64,000 bases of DNA. Origin: the human T2T-CHM13v2.0 reference genome, Homo sapiens. The stretch lies in the NCBI RefSeq assembly GCF_009914755.1, contig NC_060947.1. One strand, given 5' to 3'. The notes under the pieces were generated by a model. That model saw only the letters and a list, made by a program, of their open reading frames with translations. It did no database searches and had not been told where the DNA came from. Made by a program: the position numbers and the translations under genes. Below, in pieces: positions 1 to 13,744 of this stretch (positions within the stretch are counted from its first letter, which is position 1; every line of letters begins with the position of its first letter).

Positions 1-589
1 TTCTGTTTTTGATAGACTCAACCTAAATGGATAATGTTCTTTGTAAAAGGTGAGCAAAACATCAGCACTGGTGATATTTATTTTACAGGATGTGCCACAA
101 GCCTGGCTCACTCCTCTTACTTAGAAGGGCATTACCTGCTGAGACCATTTGGATTTGTTGAGTCCAGTGCAAACTGAAACAGTGACCTATGTGAATGACA
201 GCCAGGTAAATGTCAGAGGACAATGCCAAAAAGACATATTAAGTTCAGGAGTTGAAATTGTGGTAAGCATTAGTGCCCATCCTCAAAGAAGTCTTCTCTG
301 ACTTTCCTGTGCAAGGCAGTTTCCTCTCTCCCCAATTTATGATGCTATATCAAACTCAACAAACCTTGGTAATGGATTGAATGATGTGGGTGAAGGAACA
401 GAAGGAAGAATCAAGAATGTCTTGGCCCTAGGATTATTATCTGGCTCACGGTAAGCTCTAAATAAATATCTGTTGAAAGAAAAAATAGCTGGGAATAATA
501 CACATTTTGTCACCCTCAGCCACACTATGCAGACTATAAAATTGATGCTTGTTTACATCATTAGGTGGCCATATTTACATTAAAACCAC

Positions 590-815
590 AGTTTTAAGAG
601 CCAAAAAATCCTGGGTTCAAATCCTGACTTCACCATTTGAGCTATGAGACATTAGGAGAGTTACTTAACTGAGTCTTTCTTTCTCTTCTTATAAAAAGGA
701 AATCATCTCATACCACCCTCACAAGATGATGGTGAAGATTAGATGAGATAATACATTTATCGTACTTAGAAGAATACCTGGCAGAAAGTATTCGTAGAGG
801 GTAGTTATCATTGTT
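590..815 (+). mobile_element. MIR SINE
   Basis: Core motifs ctgggttcaaatcctgactt...ttacttaa...ggtgaagattagatgagataatacat. Confidence 0.65.
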
Positions 816-1360
816 GTCAGAATGTAATGTACTTAAGTGTCTTGAAAATAGTAAATATTCAATAATTGTTATCTAAAAGTATTATAATTATCACTACCAT
901 AATAGTTTTATAGTAAATTATTTTCAGTAGAATGCTTATGGTGACAAAAATTACACTTTTTCATATTATTGCACACAAATTTTTAGTCTTAATTTCAGTA
1001 ATTGTTATTTCTTAAAATATTTGGTATAGACATGGGATATCTTTTTATTTAAATCAATAAAGGGAATGGTTGTTGCTCTTATAATTTATGCAAATTGTTC
1101 ATAAATGAATAAATTAAAGCATTTATTTGTACTAACTCTGGTAGTTTGCTAAAAAAAAAATCAGGACAGGCTAAAAGAAGATATGGATATAACGGCTGCA
1201 TTGTTTTTGCTTTTTTTGATAAACCATATTTCAAATTCATTCACAGACATTTTCGCTTTCATGAATCCAAGATATCTTCTCTAGTTTCTAAAAGTATATA
1301 TACACATATACACACACAAGGTATACATATACTCACACATTCACAATATTAAAATGTTTG

Positions 1361-1531
1361 GGCTAGGTGTGGTGGCTCATACCTGTAATTCCAGTAATTT
1401 GGGAGGCCAAGGCATGAGGAGCTAGAGGAGGCTGAGTTGATAGGATTGCTTGAGCCCAAGAGTTTGAGGCTGCAGTGAGCTATGATTGCACCACTGCACT
1501 CCAGCACCTGGATGACAGAGCAATATCCTAT

Positions 1532-1564
<33 letters not shown>
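1361..1564 (+). mobile_element. Old (AluJ/FRAM-like) Alu, about 200 bp, internally deleted or monomer-like, with A29 tail
   Basis: Left-arm start ggctaggtgtggtggctcat joins right-arm ggattgcttgagcccaagagtttgaggctgcagtgagctatgattg; degenerate TSD aaaa(t)gtttg. Confidence 0.85.
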
Positions 1565-1568
<4 letters not shown>

Positions 1569-1890
1569 GCTGCCTGCTGCTGCCTAGGACCACAATGGAG
1601 AATGGAGAATAGTTGAAGAAAGTGCAGTACAGAAGTTTAGGCAAGTGGTAATTGTTGTTGGTATCCATAGATTGAGCCAATGCAAATTTGCAGGCTTTAG
1701 AAAGATACCTCTGCTGTTCTCCAGATTTATTTTCTAATTTCACCTTATATGTTTTTTTTCCTACACGTTTTTCTTTTACTGTCTCATAAATTTTATGTCA
1801 GTATGCTATGACTGGATATCTAGGAGGAAACAAAATTGCATTGTTAAAAAGTTCAGTCTTTTTTTTTTTTTTTCTTGAAAATGAGCTGCT

Positions 1891-2215
1891 AACTGGGCAC
1901 AGTGGCTCACGCCTGTAATCCCAGCACTCTGGAAGGCCGAGGCAGGCAGGTCACTTGAGCTCAGGAGTTCAAGACCAGCATGGTGAACATAGTAAAACCT
2001 TATCTCTACAAAAAATACAAAAATTAGCTTGGCATTTTCCCACATGCCTGTAGTCACAGCTACTCAAGACGATGAGGTGGAAGGACTGCTTGAGCTGGGT
2101 GGTCGAGGCTGCAGTGAGCTGTGTTCACACCACTGCACTCCAGCCTGGGCAATAGAGTGAGACCCTGTCTCAAAAAAAAAAAACACAACAACAAACAAAA
2201 AAAAAAAAAGAAAAA
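1891..2215 (+). mobile_element. AluJ (Jb-like)
   Basis: Dimeric Alu with J-type gaggctgcagtgagct and gagtgagaccctgtctc; degenerate TSD gaaaatgagctgct / gaaaatgggttgct. Confidence 0.9.
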
Positions 2216-2379
2216 GAAAATGGGTTGCTTTTTAATGCTATGGTTAGTGGTTAGCAAACCAATAGCATCAATCCAGAATCTTCATCGAATAACTATGGTG
2301 TGTCGCATTCTAAGGGAGTAAATGGAGTAAGTATGAGACTTTGGCTCTGTAAGGAAGTAAGAAAAGTGAAAGACAAAAT

Positions 2380-2620
2380 TGAGCAGAAGTAGAAGCTGAC
2401 CGATAATGTAGTTGCCTACGGCCTCAGCAGATCTTACAGGGAGATCTGGAGTTAGGATGGGTCTCTGGATGATTATCCCAAATTGAAACAAGGGGGCTAG
2501 GCTTTTGAATTCCTTCATCAGGCAGTCTTTGGCCATACGCCACTCCCTGCTAAGGTGTTACCTTTGGGCATACAGCTCCTTATAGCCAAGGACAATTCCC
2601 ATTGTTGTGGCTCTAGCTGC
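2380..2620 (-). mobile_element. MLT2-type (ERVL) LTR fragment
   Basis: ggcctcagcagatcttacagggagatctggagttaggatgg...cccaaattgaaacaagggggctaggc resembles antisense MLT2; boundaries approximate. Confidence 0.5.
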
Positions 2621-2869
2621 AAGGATTGGTAACTTGATATTCTCAACAGTTGTGGGATAGGTGCATTGGCCCTAAAGAACCTACCCTTGACCAAGCACCA
2701 GAGCATTTACTATAAGGCATTGCAACTTGAACTGCCCTTTAAAGGCTGGATAGAATTTAAGTAGATGTAGAGGAGAATTGACATATATGCATTCCTGGGT
2801 GGGGAATGGTATGGGAAAGGACAGGCTGTACTGGAGACAGCAAATAAATCAGATTTTAATTCAGCTTAT

Positions 2870-3107
2870 ATTTATTGAATTACTACTTTGTAAAGGTACT
2901 ATGTTGTGCTGGGAATTTTCATAATGTGGTACCTCATTTAATTGTTATAACCCTTTGATTTAAATATTATTTCCATTTTATATATGAGGAAAATGTATCT
3001 CAGCATGGTTATGAATTGCCCAAAGTCACCCATGAAAACAGTATTAGAGCTGGCACTCAAATCCAAGTTTCCTAGCTCTAAAGACTCTGCTTTTTCTGCT
3101 ACACCAT
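2870..3107 (-). mobile_element. MIR SINE
   Basis: ccattttatatatgaggaaaa...ttgcccaaagtcac...agagctggcactcaaatccaag. Confidence 0.6.
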
Positions 3108-3329
3108 GTTCATATGTCTAAAAATGGAAAATTACACTTGCAAATGGTGGCAGTAGATTATGGAGAGTCTATAGGATACATTCTGGTTCTTGGTCCCATA
3201 CTTTATTGTTTTGGTCTCTAGTTGTCTCAGAAATTAACTGTAATTTAATAATAATAATAATACATTTAGTAATAGTAGTTTTAATTACCATTGGTTATCG
3301 TTCACCAATACTATGTTAAATTTACTCAC

Positions 3330-3516
3330 TCTTTCTCTGTGGATTATTGCATTGAGTCTTTACTGTAAATCTGAAAAAGGTAGTATTGTTTTTATTTTAT
3401 GTATGAGGTAACTGAAACTTAGAAATTGTCCACGATCACATAGCAAGAATGTGACAGAGCTGACATTAGAACCCAGGTCTCTCTGACTCCTAAAGTCCAT
3501 GATTTTAAGCACTACA
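3330..3516 (-). mobile_element. MIR SINE
   Basis: atgaggtaactgaaacttag...cacgatcacatagcaag...gaacccaggtctctctgactcc. Confidence 0.55.
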
Positions 3517-3824
3517 TTTTAAGCCTACCTCTTTGTATGTTTTATAGTCCTTTATACATCACCGAGCACATGGTTTTGTGCTATTACTATACTTAACTAT
3601 TACTTATCACCTTAGCAACTTGGGATAAGTAATTTTGTCTGTCTGCTTCAGTGTCTAAAATTTTTACTCAAGTGAAGCAATACCTACCCATGGCTAATGG
3701 GAATACTATATGAGACCAGAGAGTGAAGCAGTGAACTCAAAAAAATGGGCTTATACCTGATTTCTTTCAGGCTCTAGGCCTATGTCAATTGGATTGATTT
3801 TATTCATTGTTTCATGCCTACTCT

Positions 3825-4245
3825 TCATCCATCCTTTATTACAACAAATATTTATTGAGTCTTACTGTGTGCCTGTCACTGTTCTAGATGGTGAAAAAAA
3901 GGCAAAGTCCTGTCCTCATAGAGTGTACGTTCTAGAGAGTGAGACAGTTGATTCACTACTAAATATATAAATAAATAATAACTCAAGATAGTAATAGGTG
4001 CTCTGGAAAAAAATTAAAGCCTGGAAGAGAATGGGAAGTGGCATAGGGTGGGGAAGGGGGCTGATAATTTAGATAGGGTGGTCAGGAGAGGCTTTTTGAT
4101 AAGATGATATAAAAGTAGAGACCTGTGGGAAGAAAAGTAAGCCATACAGATATTTTGAGGAATAGTGTTATAGGCAGAGAAAGTGAATAACAAGTGTGAA
4201 AGCCCAGGGGTAGGAGCTTGACTGGCATGTTTGAGAGCCACCAAG
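3825..4245 (-). mobile_element. L2 3' fragment
   Basis: caacaaatatttattgagtcttactgtgtgcctgtcactgttctag is the typical antisense L2 3' end, followed by L2-like body. Confidence 0.65.
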
Positions 4246-6767
4246 ATCCAATTAATGATATGTTATTATAATATTTTGCCAAATGACTCACCAGTGATAT
4301 AAAAGATTTAAAAGCCGTTTCCAAAGTATTTCCCTGTAGAGCAGATTTGGAATGTGATGAAAGAGGGAACAGGACCAATGGGAAAATATTAAAGTGTTTG
4401 AAGCCAACTCATCAGGATGAAATAAATGAGATGGGCTATTTAATGATTATCTATAGCAGTTCCATATAAGGTTTTTATAAAGAAGCAGTGGAATAGCCTT
4501 CTAAAGACTAAGCTCTTCCCTTTCTCTTAGGAGGTAGGTACGAATTAGAAAATTAATCAAGAGAGAATGTGGCCTCTGATGACATGAGAGTTGTTTGAAG
4601 GTGGCAGGAGGCAGGAGGGTGGTTGCATTCAGTCAATAGTTGAGCAATTTACAAAAATAAATAGAATTGAGCAAATTCAGAACAGATTTAATCTCCATTT
4701 TATTTTCAAGCTAAACAAAAGATGCTGATATAAGGGGGAAATTACTCCAAAAATCCAGCTTTACTGACATATTTTGAGTCATTTGCATGAATAAAATGGT
4801 CCTAGAGACAAGTGCGAACTTGACTTTAAAGTGAATAGGCCTGGAAGTGTTTTCTGACGGAGAATTAGTTTGGTGCATTCATTCAATATTTATTGATATA
4901 ATATTTATATTCATGTTATTCCAAAAAAGAGTTGAAGCAGATTGCAAAGCTATGTATATAATCCACAATACAAAAACTAAGAGATGAAATCAGGAGGAAA
5001 TAATAAGAATAGGAGAAATAAGATAAGGTCAAGTTTGGGTAAAATAAATGTCTAAACTGTATGTCGTAGTTAGAGACAGGCCACACACATTTAGCTCTGA
5101 GATTTCTAGAAACAACTGAAAGAGTCCTGGAAACTGAGATAATAGACTTGTATTGTGTTAAGCCACTAAACTCTCTTTCAAACCATTCCTTAGTTCTCAA
5201 GGGAAGACATGAGGATGGGATAAACCTCCAGGGGAATTGGGGTACTAACTTTCATAAAGATTTTTACTTCTTGAAGAGGACTTAATTTCAAGTCTATGTA
5301 GAAGCAGAATAAATGGGTTATGTGATTGTTTAAGGTTGCTGAAAGATCTTTCCTTATATGTAGAAACCTGTATTGGCTTTTGAGCTACTTGAATGTAGCA
5401 AACTAAATATTCTGGAATAGGATCTGTCATCCTCTACATGGGACGCTCTTTTGTATGATACCCATCCACTCTTTTGCACTTTGAACATTTCAGGCCTTTA
5501 CTGAGTATGTAATTACTGACTGCTAAACAATTATGTCATTTGCTGAATTCCTTTATCACCAGACACATAATCATCAGTTCAAAAACAATTAGGCAAGATT
5601 CTCATTGATCTTCAGAATGTCCTTAAAGCTTTTCAACTTATAATTAACACATATACTTGTCTTCTTTCCTTTAGCACACGTGAAACAGAATAGTGTTCCT
5701 GCTGTAGGATTTTCATCATTTGCCAATCTTCACTGTAATCCTTGAAAATGTGAAGGTGGATGGATGCATTTTACTTTACAATTCAGTGTGATAAAACCCA
5801 CAGCTGCTGTTCAAAGTTCTATTTAATTTAGAAGGGAAAGGACTACTTTTATCGTGCAGGAGATTGATTGAATTATATAATTCTCTCAAATAAGGTAGAT
5901 AATAAAATTTTAAGATATATTTTACAATTTCACTATTATATACTACCTAGAAGGCTAGCTATTTTTATTCCTTCACAGCCTGAGGGGGTAGGAAGTTTTA
6001 TAAACTCCACGCCCGCCCCCCAAAGACTACAGGTTCTATCCTCAACAATAAAGGACCCTACAGTGTTATCAGTGAGAGAAATTATTCTGACTAAGCAGGT
6101 CTGTTATTTCACTAAAATATCGCTTATGCCTTCTAATCTCAACATTCCAGAAAATGTATTTAAAAAACAGGCAGGCTATCAGTAAAAAAGAAAACCAAAA
6201 ATAAATCTAAATATTTTGTTCAGTTAATGATCAGTGTGATTTATTTATTTTTATTGTATATATTTGTAGGGAATAATGTGATATTTTGATCTATGTGTAT
6301 ATTGTAGAAAGAGTCTATCAAGTTAACATATCCATTTTATGTTTTTGTGGTGAGAATGTTAACAATCTATTGTTTTAGTAACTTTAGAATATACATTATT
6401 ATTAACTGTGGTTATCATGCAGTGCAATAGATCAATAAAACTTATCTTTCCAGTCTAACAGAAACTTTGTACCCTTTGAGCAACATCTCCCTTTGTCTTA
6501 TCCCTTTTCCTCCCCTCTCCTTTACCCTCTGGTAACCACCTTTCTATTCTCTGTTTCTATGAGATTAGCTTTTTTAGATTTCACATATGAGTGAGGGCAT
6601 GCAGTATTTGTCTTTTTGTGTCTGGCTTATTTCACTTAGAATAATACCCTCCAGATTAATCTATGTTGTCACAAATGACAGAATATCCTCATTTTTTAAG
6701 GCTGTATAGTATTGCATTATGTATATGTGTGTATAAATGTTATATACATGTGTTTATATATATGTGT

Positions 6768-6826
6768 GTATATATATATAATATATATATATATATATAA
6801 TATATATATATATATATAATATATAT

Positions 6827-6861
<35 letters not shown>
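6768..6861. repeat. (TA)n microsatellite with 19-bp higher-order periodicity
   Basis: Pure TA run with AA interruptions at 6780, 6799, 6818 and 6837. Confidence 0.95.
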
Positions 6862-9271
6862 TCTTCATTCATTCATTGATGAACACTTAGGTTGCTTCCA
6901 TATCATTGCTATTATAAATAATGCAGCAATGAACAAGGGAATGCAGATATCGCTTTGACATACTGATTACAATTTTTTTTGGAGGTATGCCCAGAAGTGA
7001 GATTGTTGTATCATATGGTAATTCTAGTTTAGTTTTTTGAGGAACCTCTATGCTACTTTCCAAAATGGCTGTAATAATTTACATTCCCACCAACAGTATA
7101 AAAGGGTTCTTTTTTCTCCATATCTTTGCCAACACTTGTTAGCATTCATCTTTTTGATAATAGCCATTCTAACAGTTGTGAAGTGATACCTCATTATGAA
7201 TTTAATTTTTATTTCTCTGATAATTAGAAATTTTGAGCATATTTTTTATATATCTCTTGGCCATTCATATCTCTTCTTTTAAGAAATATATATTTAGATC
7301 CTTTGCCCAATTTTTTAAACCTGGTGATTTGTTTCCTTGCTATTGAGTTATTTGGGTTCCTTATATGTTTTTGATATTAGCCCCTTATCAGATGTATTGT
7401 TTGCAAATATTTTCTCCCAATCCATGGGTTATCACTTCACTCTGTTTCTTTTGCTGTGCAAATTCTTTTTAGTTTGATGCAATCTAATATATTTTTGCTC
7501 TTGTTGCCTATGCTTTTGTAGTTCTATTCAAGAAATCATTGGAGCTTTTCCCTGTGTTTTCTTATAGCGGCTTTACAGTTACAGGTCTTACGTTTAAGTC
7601 TTTTATCCATTTTGATTTGATTTTTGTTTATGATGGAAGATAGGGGTCCAATTTCGTTCTTCTACCTGTGGCTATTCAGTTTTCCCAACACAATTTATTG
7701 AAGAGACTATTCTTCCCCGTTGTATGTTCTTGGCACCTATATCAAAAATTAATTCACTATAAATACTTGATTTTATTTCTGTGCTTTCTGTCCTTTTCCA
7801 TTGGTCAATGTATCTCTTTTTATGCCAGTACAATGCTGTTTTGATTACAATAGCTTTATAGTATATTTTGAAATCAGGCAGCATGATGCCTCCAGATTTT
7901 TTCTTTATGCTAGAGATTGCTTTGGCTCTTTGGGGTTTTTTTCTGGTTCCATATGAATTTTAGGATTGTTTTTTCTATTTTTGTGAAAAAATGATGTTAG
8001 AAATTTGATAGGGATTACACTGAATCTTTAGATCACTTTGGGTATTACAGGTGTTTTAATAATATTCCTTCAATCTGTACAGGGTATATTTTTCCATTTA
8101 TTTGTGTCTCCCTCAATTTTTTAATCAATGTTTTACAATTTTCAGTGTGCAGATACTTCACCTCCTTGGATAAATTTACTCCTAATTACTTTTTTGATGT
8201 TCTTGTAAATGACGTTTTAAAAAAAATCAGATAGCTCATTGTTAATGTACAGAAATGCTACTTATTTTGTATGTTGATTTGGTTATGTGCAACTTTACTG
8301 AATTTCTTTATTGATTCTAATAGTTTTTTGTGGAATCTTTAGGGTTTTTCTACGTATAACATCATGTCATCAGCAAACAGAGACAGTTTCACTTTTTCCT
8401 TACCTATATGGATGCATTTTATTTCTTTTTCTTGCCTAATTGCTTTAGCTAGGACTTCCAGTACTATGTAGAATATAAAAGGCAAGAGTGTACATCCTTG
8501 TCTTGTTCCTGCTCATCAAAGAAAAGATTTTAACCTTTCTTGTTGAGTATGATGTTAGCTATAGGCTTGACATATATGGCCTTTATTGTGTTGAGGTACA
8601 TTCCTTCTATACCAATTTTTCTGAGGGTTTTTATTATGAACAGATGTTGAGTGTTATTGCAGGCTTTTTCTGCATCTATTGAGATGATCATGTGGTTTTT
8701 GTCCTTCATTTTGTTAATATAATATATCACATTTATTGATTTACATATGTTGATGTATCCTTGCATTCTTAGGATAGATCCTGCTTGATCATGGTGAGTG
8801 GTCTTTTTAATGTGCTGTTCAGTTCAATTTGCTACTACATTGTTCAGGCTTTTTGCTTCTATGTTCATTAGGAATATTGGCCTGTAGTTTTGTTTTCTTG
8901 TGTCCTTGTCTGGCTTTGAAATCAGGGTGATGGTGTTCTTATAAAATAACTTTGGGAGTATTCCCTCCTCTTAAATTTTTTTGGGGGAGAGTTTGAGAAA
9001 GATTGGTATTAGTTATCTAAATATTTGGTAGAATTCAGCAGCAAAACCAACAGACTCTTGGCTTTTCTTTAATGGGAGATTTTTTATTAGTGATTCAATA
9101 TCCGTACTCAGTAATGATCTTTTTAGATATTCTGTTTCTTCTTGATATGGTCTTAGCAGGGTACATGATTCTAGGAAATCATCCAGTCTTTTTAGGTTAT
9201 CTAATTTGTTGATGTATAGTTTGTCATAGTAGTTTATTATCTTCCTTTTTATTTTGTGGTATCAATTGTAA

Positions 9272-9777
<506 letters not shown>

Positions 9778-11544
9778 TGTGTCTTCTCTTTTTTCTTTGT
9801 TAGTCTAGCTAAAGTTATGTCAGTTTTGTTTATCTTTTCAAAAACACAACTTTTAGTATTGTTGGTCTCTTTTTCTAGTTTCTTATTTTTTTTCCTTCTC
9901 TGATCTTTATTATTTTCTTCTTTCTGCTAAGTTTGGGCTTAGTGTATGATTTTTTCTAATTTCATAGGTTGTTTATTTAAAATTTTTATTTTTTTAAGTC
10001 AGGTTTTTGTCACTTTGAACTTCCCTCTTAAAACTGCTTTTGCTGCATTCCATAAAGCTTGCTGTGTTGTTTTCATTTTCTTTATCTCAAGATATTTTTT
10101 ATTTTTATTTTTATTTCTTCTTCAACCCATTGGTTGTTCAGAAGTATGTTGTCTAATTTCCACATATGTGTGCATTTTCTAAGATTCATCCTTTTATTGA
10201 TTTCTAGTTTTATGCCATTGTAGTCGGAAAAGATACTCAATATGATTTCAGTCTTCTTAAATTTGTTAAAATTTGTTTTATGGCCTAACAGATTATCTGT
10301 CCTGGAATGCTTCGTGTGTACTTGAGAGGAATGTGTATTTTGTTCCTGTTGGGTGAACTAGTCTGTAAATATCTATTAGGTGTTTTTGTCTAAAGTCTAG
10401 TTCAAATCCAATGTTTTCTTATTGATTATCTGTCTAGATGATCTGTCCAAAATTGAAACTGGGGTGCTTAAGTCTTCTGCTATTATTGAATTATAATTTA
10501 TCTCTCCATTTAGTTCTATATTTGCTTGATTAGTTGCCCTGATGTTGGACATATATATACTTGCAATTGTTATGACTTCTTGATGAATTTACCCCTTTAT
10601 TATTATTTAATGACCTTCTTTATCTCTTTTTACAGATTTTGACTTAACATCCACATTATCTAATATAAATATAGTTACCCTGCTCCCCTTTGCTTTTTAT
10701 TTCTATGGAATATCTTTTCAGTACCTTCACTTTGAGTCTATATGTGTCTTTAGAGATAAAGTGAGTGTCTTGTAGGCAGCATGTAGTTAGTTCTTGTTTT
10801 TTATATCCATTCAGTCACATAGTGTCTTTTGATTGGAGAATTTAATTCATTTAAACTTAAGTCCTTACCTATCAATAATTACCTATTACTATTTACTTAC
10901 CTATTGGCATTTGTTAATTGTTTTCTTGTTAATTTGCAGATCCTTTGTTCTTTTTTTCCTCTCTTGATATCTTCCTTTGTGGTTTAATGATTTTCTTTAA
11001 TGGTTTACCTTGAATCATTTCTTTTTGCATTTTGTGTATCTACTAAGAATTTTTCATTATGGCTAACATGGGGCTTATATAAATAATCTTAAAACATGTT
11101 ATACTAATAACAGAATATTTTAAGCTGGTGACAACTTAACTTTGAACACTTGCACACACTCTACGTTTTATGCCTTCCCACACTTTGTTTTTCATGACAC
11201 ATTTTGTATCTTTTATAGTTTATATCCCTTAACAAATGATTGTATCTATAGTTGTTTATAATAGTTTTATCTTTTAACTTTCATAGTAGATATAATTGAT
11301 TTTCACACCATCATTTCAGTATAAGAATGTTCTTAGTTTGACTATGTATTTACTTTTACCAGTCAGTTTTATTTTTTCATATATTTTCATGTTGCTACTT
11401 AGCAACATTTTCCATTGGCTTGAAGGAATTCTTTTAGTATTTCTTATGAGGTGGTCTAGTGGTGATAAATTATCTTAGCTTTTGATTGTCTGAGAAAGTT
11501 TTTTTTTAATCTCCCCTTCATTTTTGAAGGACAAGATTGCAGGG

Positions 11545-11978
11545 TGCTATGGTTTGAGTTTGTCTCCTCTGAAACTTGTGTTGAAATTTGATCCCTAATG
11601 TGTTGGTGTTGAGAAATAAGGTCCAGTGGGAGGTTTTTGGGTCGTGGGGACACATCCCTCTTAAATAAATTAATGTCCTTCTCTGGCAGGAATTTCTCAC
11701 TCTCATAGGAGTAGATTAGTTCCTAAGAGAGAAGGTTATTAAAAAAAATCTGGCTTCCTTGGTTTCTCTCTCTTGCATCCTGTCTTGCCATATGATCTCT
11801 TTGCATGTGTCTATTTTATTTCTGCTTTCTGCCATAAGTGGAAGCAGCCTGAGGCCCTTACCAAATTCAACAACCCAATTCTGGACTTCCTAAGCACCAA
11901 AATTGTGAACCAAATAAACTTACTTTCTTCATAAATTACCCAGTCTCAGGTTATAGCAACACTAAATAGATTAAGACA
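11545..11978 (+). mobile_element. MST (MSTA/MSTB-like, ERVL-MaLR) solo LTR nested in L1
   Basis: Starts tgctatggtttga, ends ttatagcaacactaaatagattaagaca (TG...CA), 434 bp, 5-bp TSD caggg/ctggg; L1 sequence resumes after it. Confidence 0.88.
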
Positions 11979-13429
11979 CTGGGTATAGTATTGTTAGTTG
12001 GCATATTTTTTCTTTCAGCTTTATGAATATATCATTCTATTCCCTCTGGCCTGCAGGGGTTCTGTTGAAAAAATCTGCTGGTAATCTTAGAGAAGTTTCT
12101 CTGTATATAACAATTCACTTTTTCTTTGCAGCTTTCAATATTCTACCTTTGTCTTTAACCTTTGACAGTTTAATTATTAAGTGTTTTGGTGTGAGTTTCT
12201 TTGAATTCATCCTATTATAGATGACTGTTAAGCTTACTGAATCTGAATTTCTATTTTCTTCCTCACACTTGGGAAGTTTTCTGCCATGATTTCTTTGAAT
12301 ATATTTTTCTGTTCCTTTCTCTCCTCCTTCGGGTACACTGAAAATGTGTATCATATTCTGTATGATGGTGTCCCATAAATCCCTTGGGCTGTCTTTAATC
12401 TTTTTTATTCTTTTCCCTTTTTGCTTCTCAGATTGGATATTTACCAGTGACCTGTCTTCCTGTCTTCTTCTGCTTGATCAAGTCTGATGTTGAACCTCTT
12501 GTTGGATTGTTTCATTTAGTTAATATATTCTTTTGCTCAATTATTCATGTTTGATACTTTTTAATATTTTCTGTCACTTTGTTAAAGTTCTCAATTTGAT
12601 CATGCATTGCTCTCCTTAATTCAGTGAGCATCTTTATAATGATCCTTTTGATTTTCCTGTCAGGTAAATCACATATCTCCATTTCATTAAGGTCTACTTT
12701 TGGAGATATATCTTGTTCATTAATTTGAAAAACATCTCTCTATTTCTTCATTTTACTTGACTCTCTGATACTTTCTGTGAATTAGATAAAAATTCTCCTC
12801 TCTCAGTCTTATTAGACTGGTCTCATGGAGGAGATATTTCTCACCAATCAGCCCACCCAGAGATTCTTAGTGCCTCTAAATTCCTTGTGCTTGTCCAACC
12901 TGCTGTTATTCTTCTTATTGGATTCCCCCAAATTAGACAGTGTCAAGTCATGTTATTGCCTTGAGTAAGGTGAGATTGAAGCCAGTCCTTTGAGATACAG
13001 CTGGAGAGGTTGGGGTGTTAGATGTGTGTTCCAGCTTTTCCTTTCCTTGCAGAGAAGCTGGGGGCTAGATTTTATCTCACATTTATTCTGCCGTAACCAA
13101 AGTGGAGGGTCTGAGACATATGACTGTATTCTTGATCAGACTGCTCATTTTGAACCTGGGGAGATAGCTGCTGAATGTTTGTAATTTTAAAAGTCATCTT
13201 TTTGTTTTCTGTAGTTTAGGAGACTCAGGACTGCACAGACCCAACAACTTCTAGAGCTATTTGATTTAGGAGTGAGTTGCTGGTAAGGGCTATAAAAGTT
13301 GAGATGCTCTATCTGTGCCAAATCTACTTCCATGGAGAGTCTGAAAACCTGGATTTATTGCTGGAGCAAGCCAGGGAAGAATGTGTGGGGCATGACCACT
13401 CTCCTGTTAGAGCAAGCAGAATATTCATT

Positions 13430-13720
13430 TCAAAAGTGGTAAACTGACCATATACAGGTCCATATATCTATTCTGTTTTAAAATTTTCACTAGTTGCCAT
13501 CATTTAAGCAGCTAAGACTAACATAAAAATCTGTTTAGCTTCACTTTAATTCCCTTATACCAATAACATCTAGAACTGAGTAGCAACCATGCCTTTTCAA
13601 AAGGGAATATATTTTCCAGGTTATGCAAGTCACTACTCTTCCCTATTTTCTTACACCTTGGCCCATTCATTTAATTATATTGCCAGCCTGACTTCTATAG
13701 CAGATAAGTTGGGGAACTCT
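13430..13720. mobile_element. Possible MER102-like hAT DNA transposon remnant
   Basis: tagaactgagtagcaaccatgccttttc...ttttccagg resembles MER102; highly diverged. Confidence 0.35.
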
Positions 13721-13744
13721 TGTTATTTTGCAAGAGATAAATAT

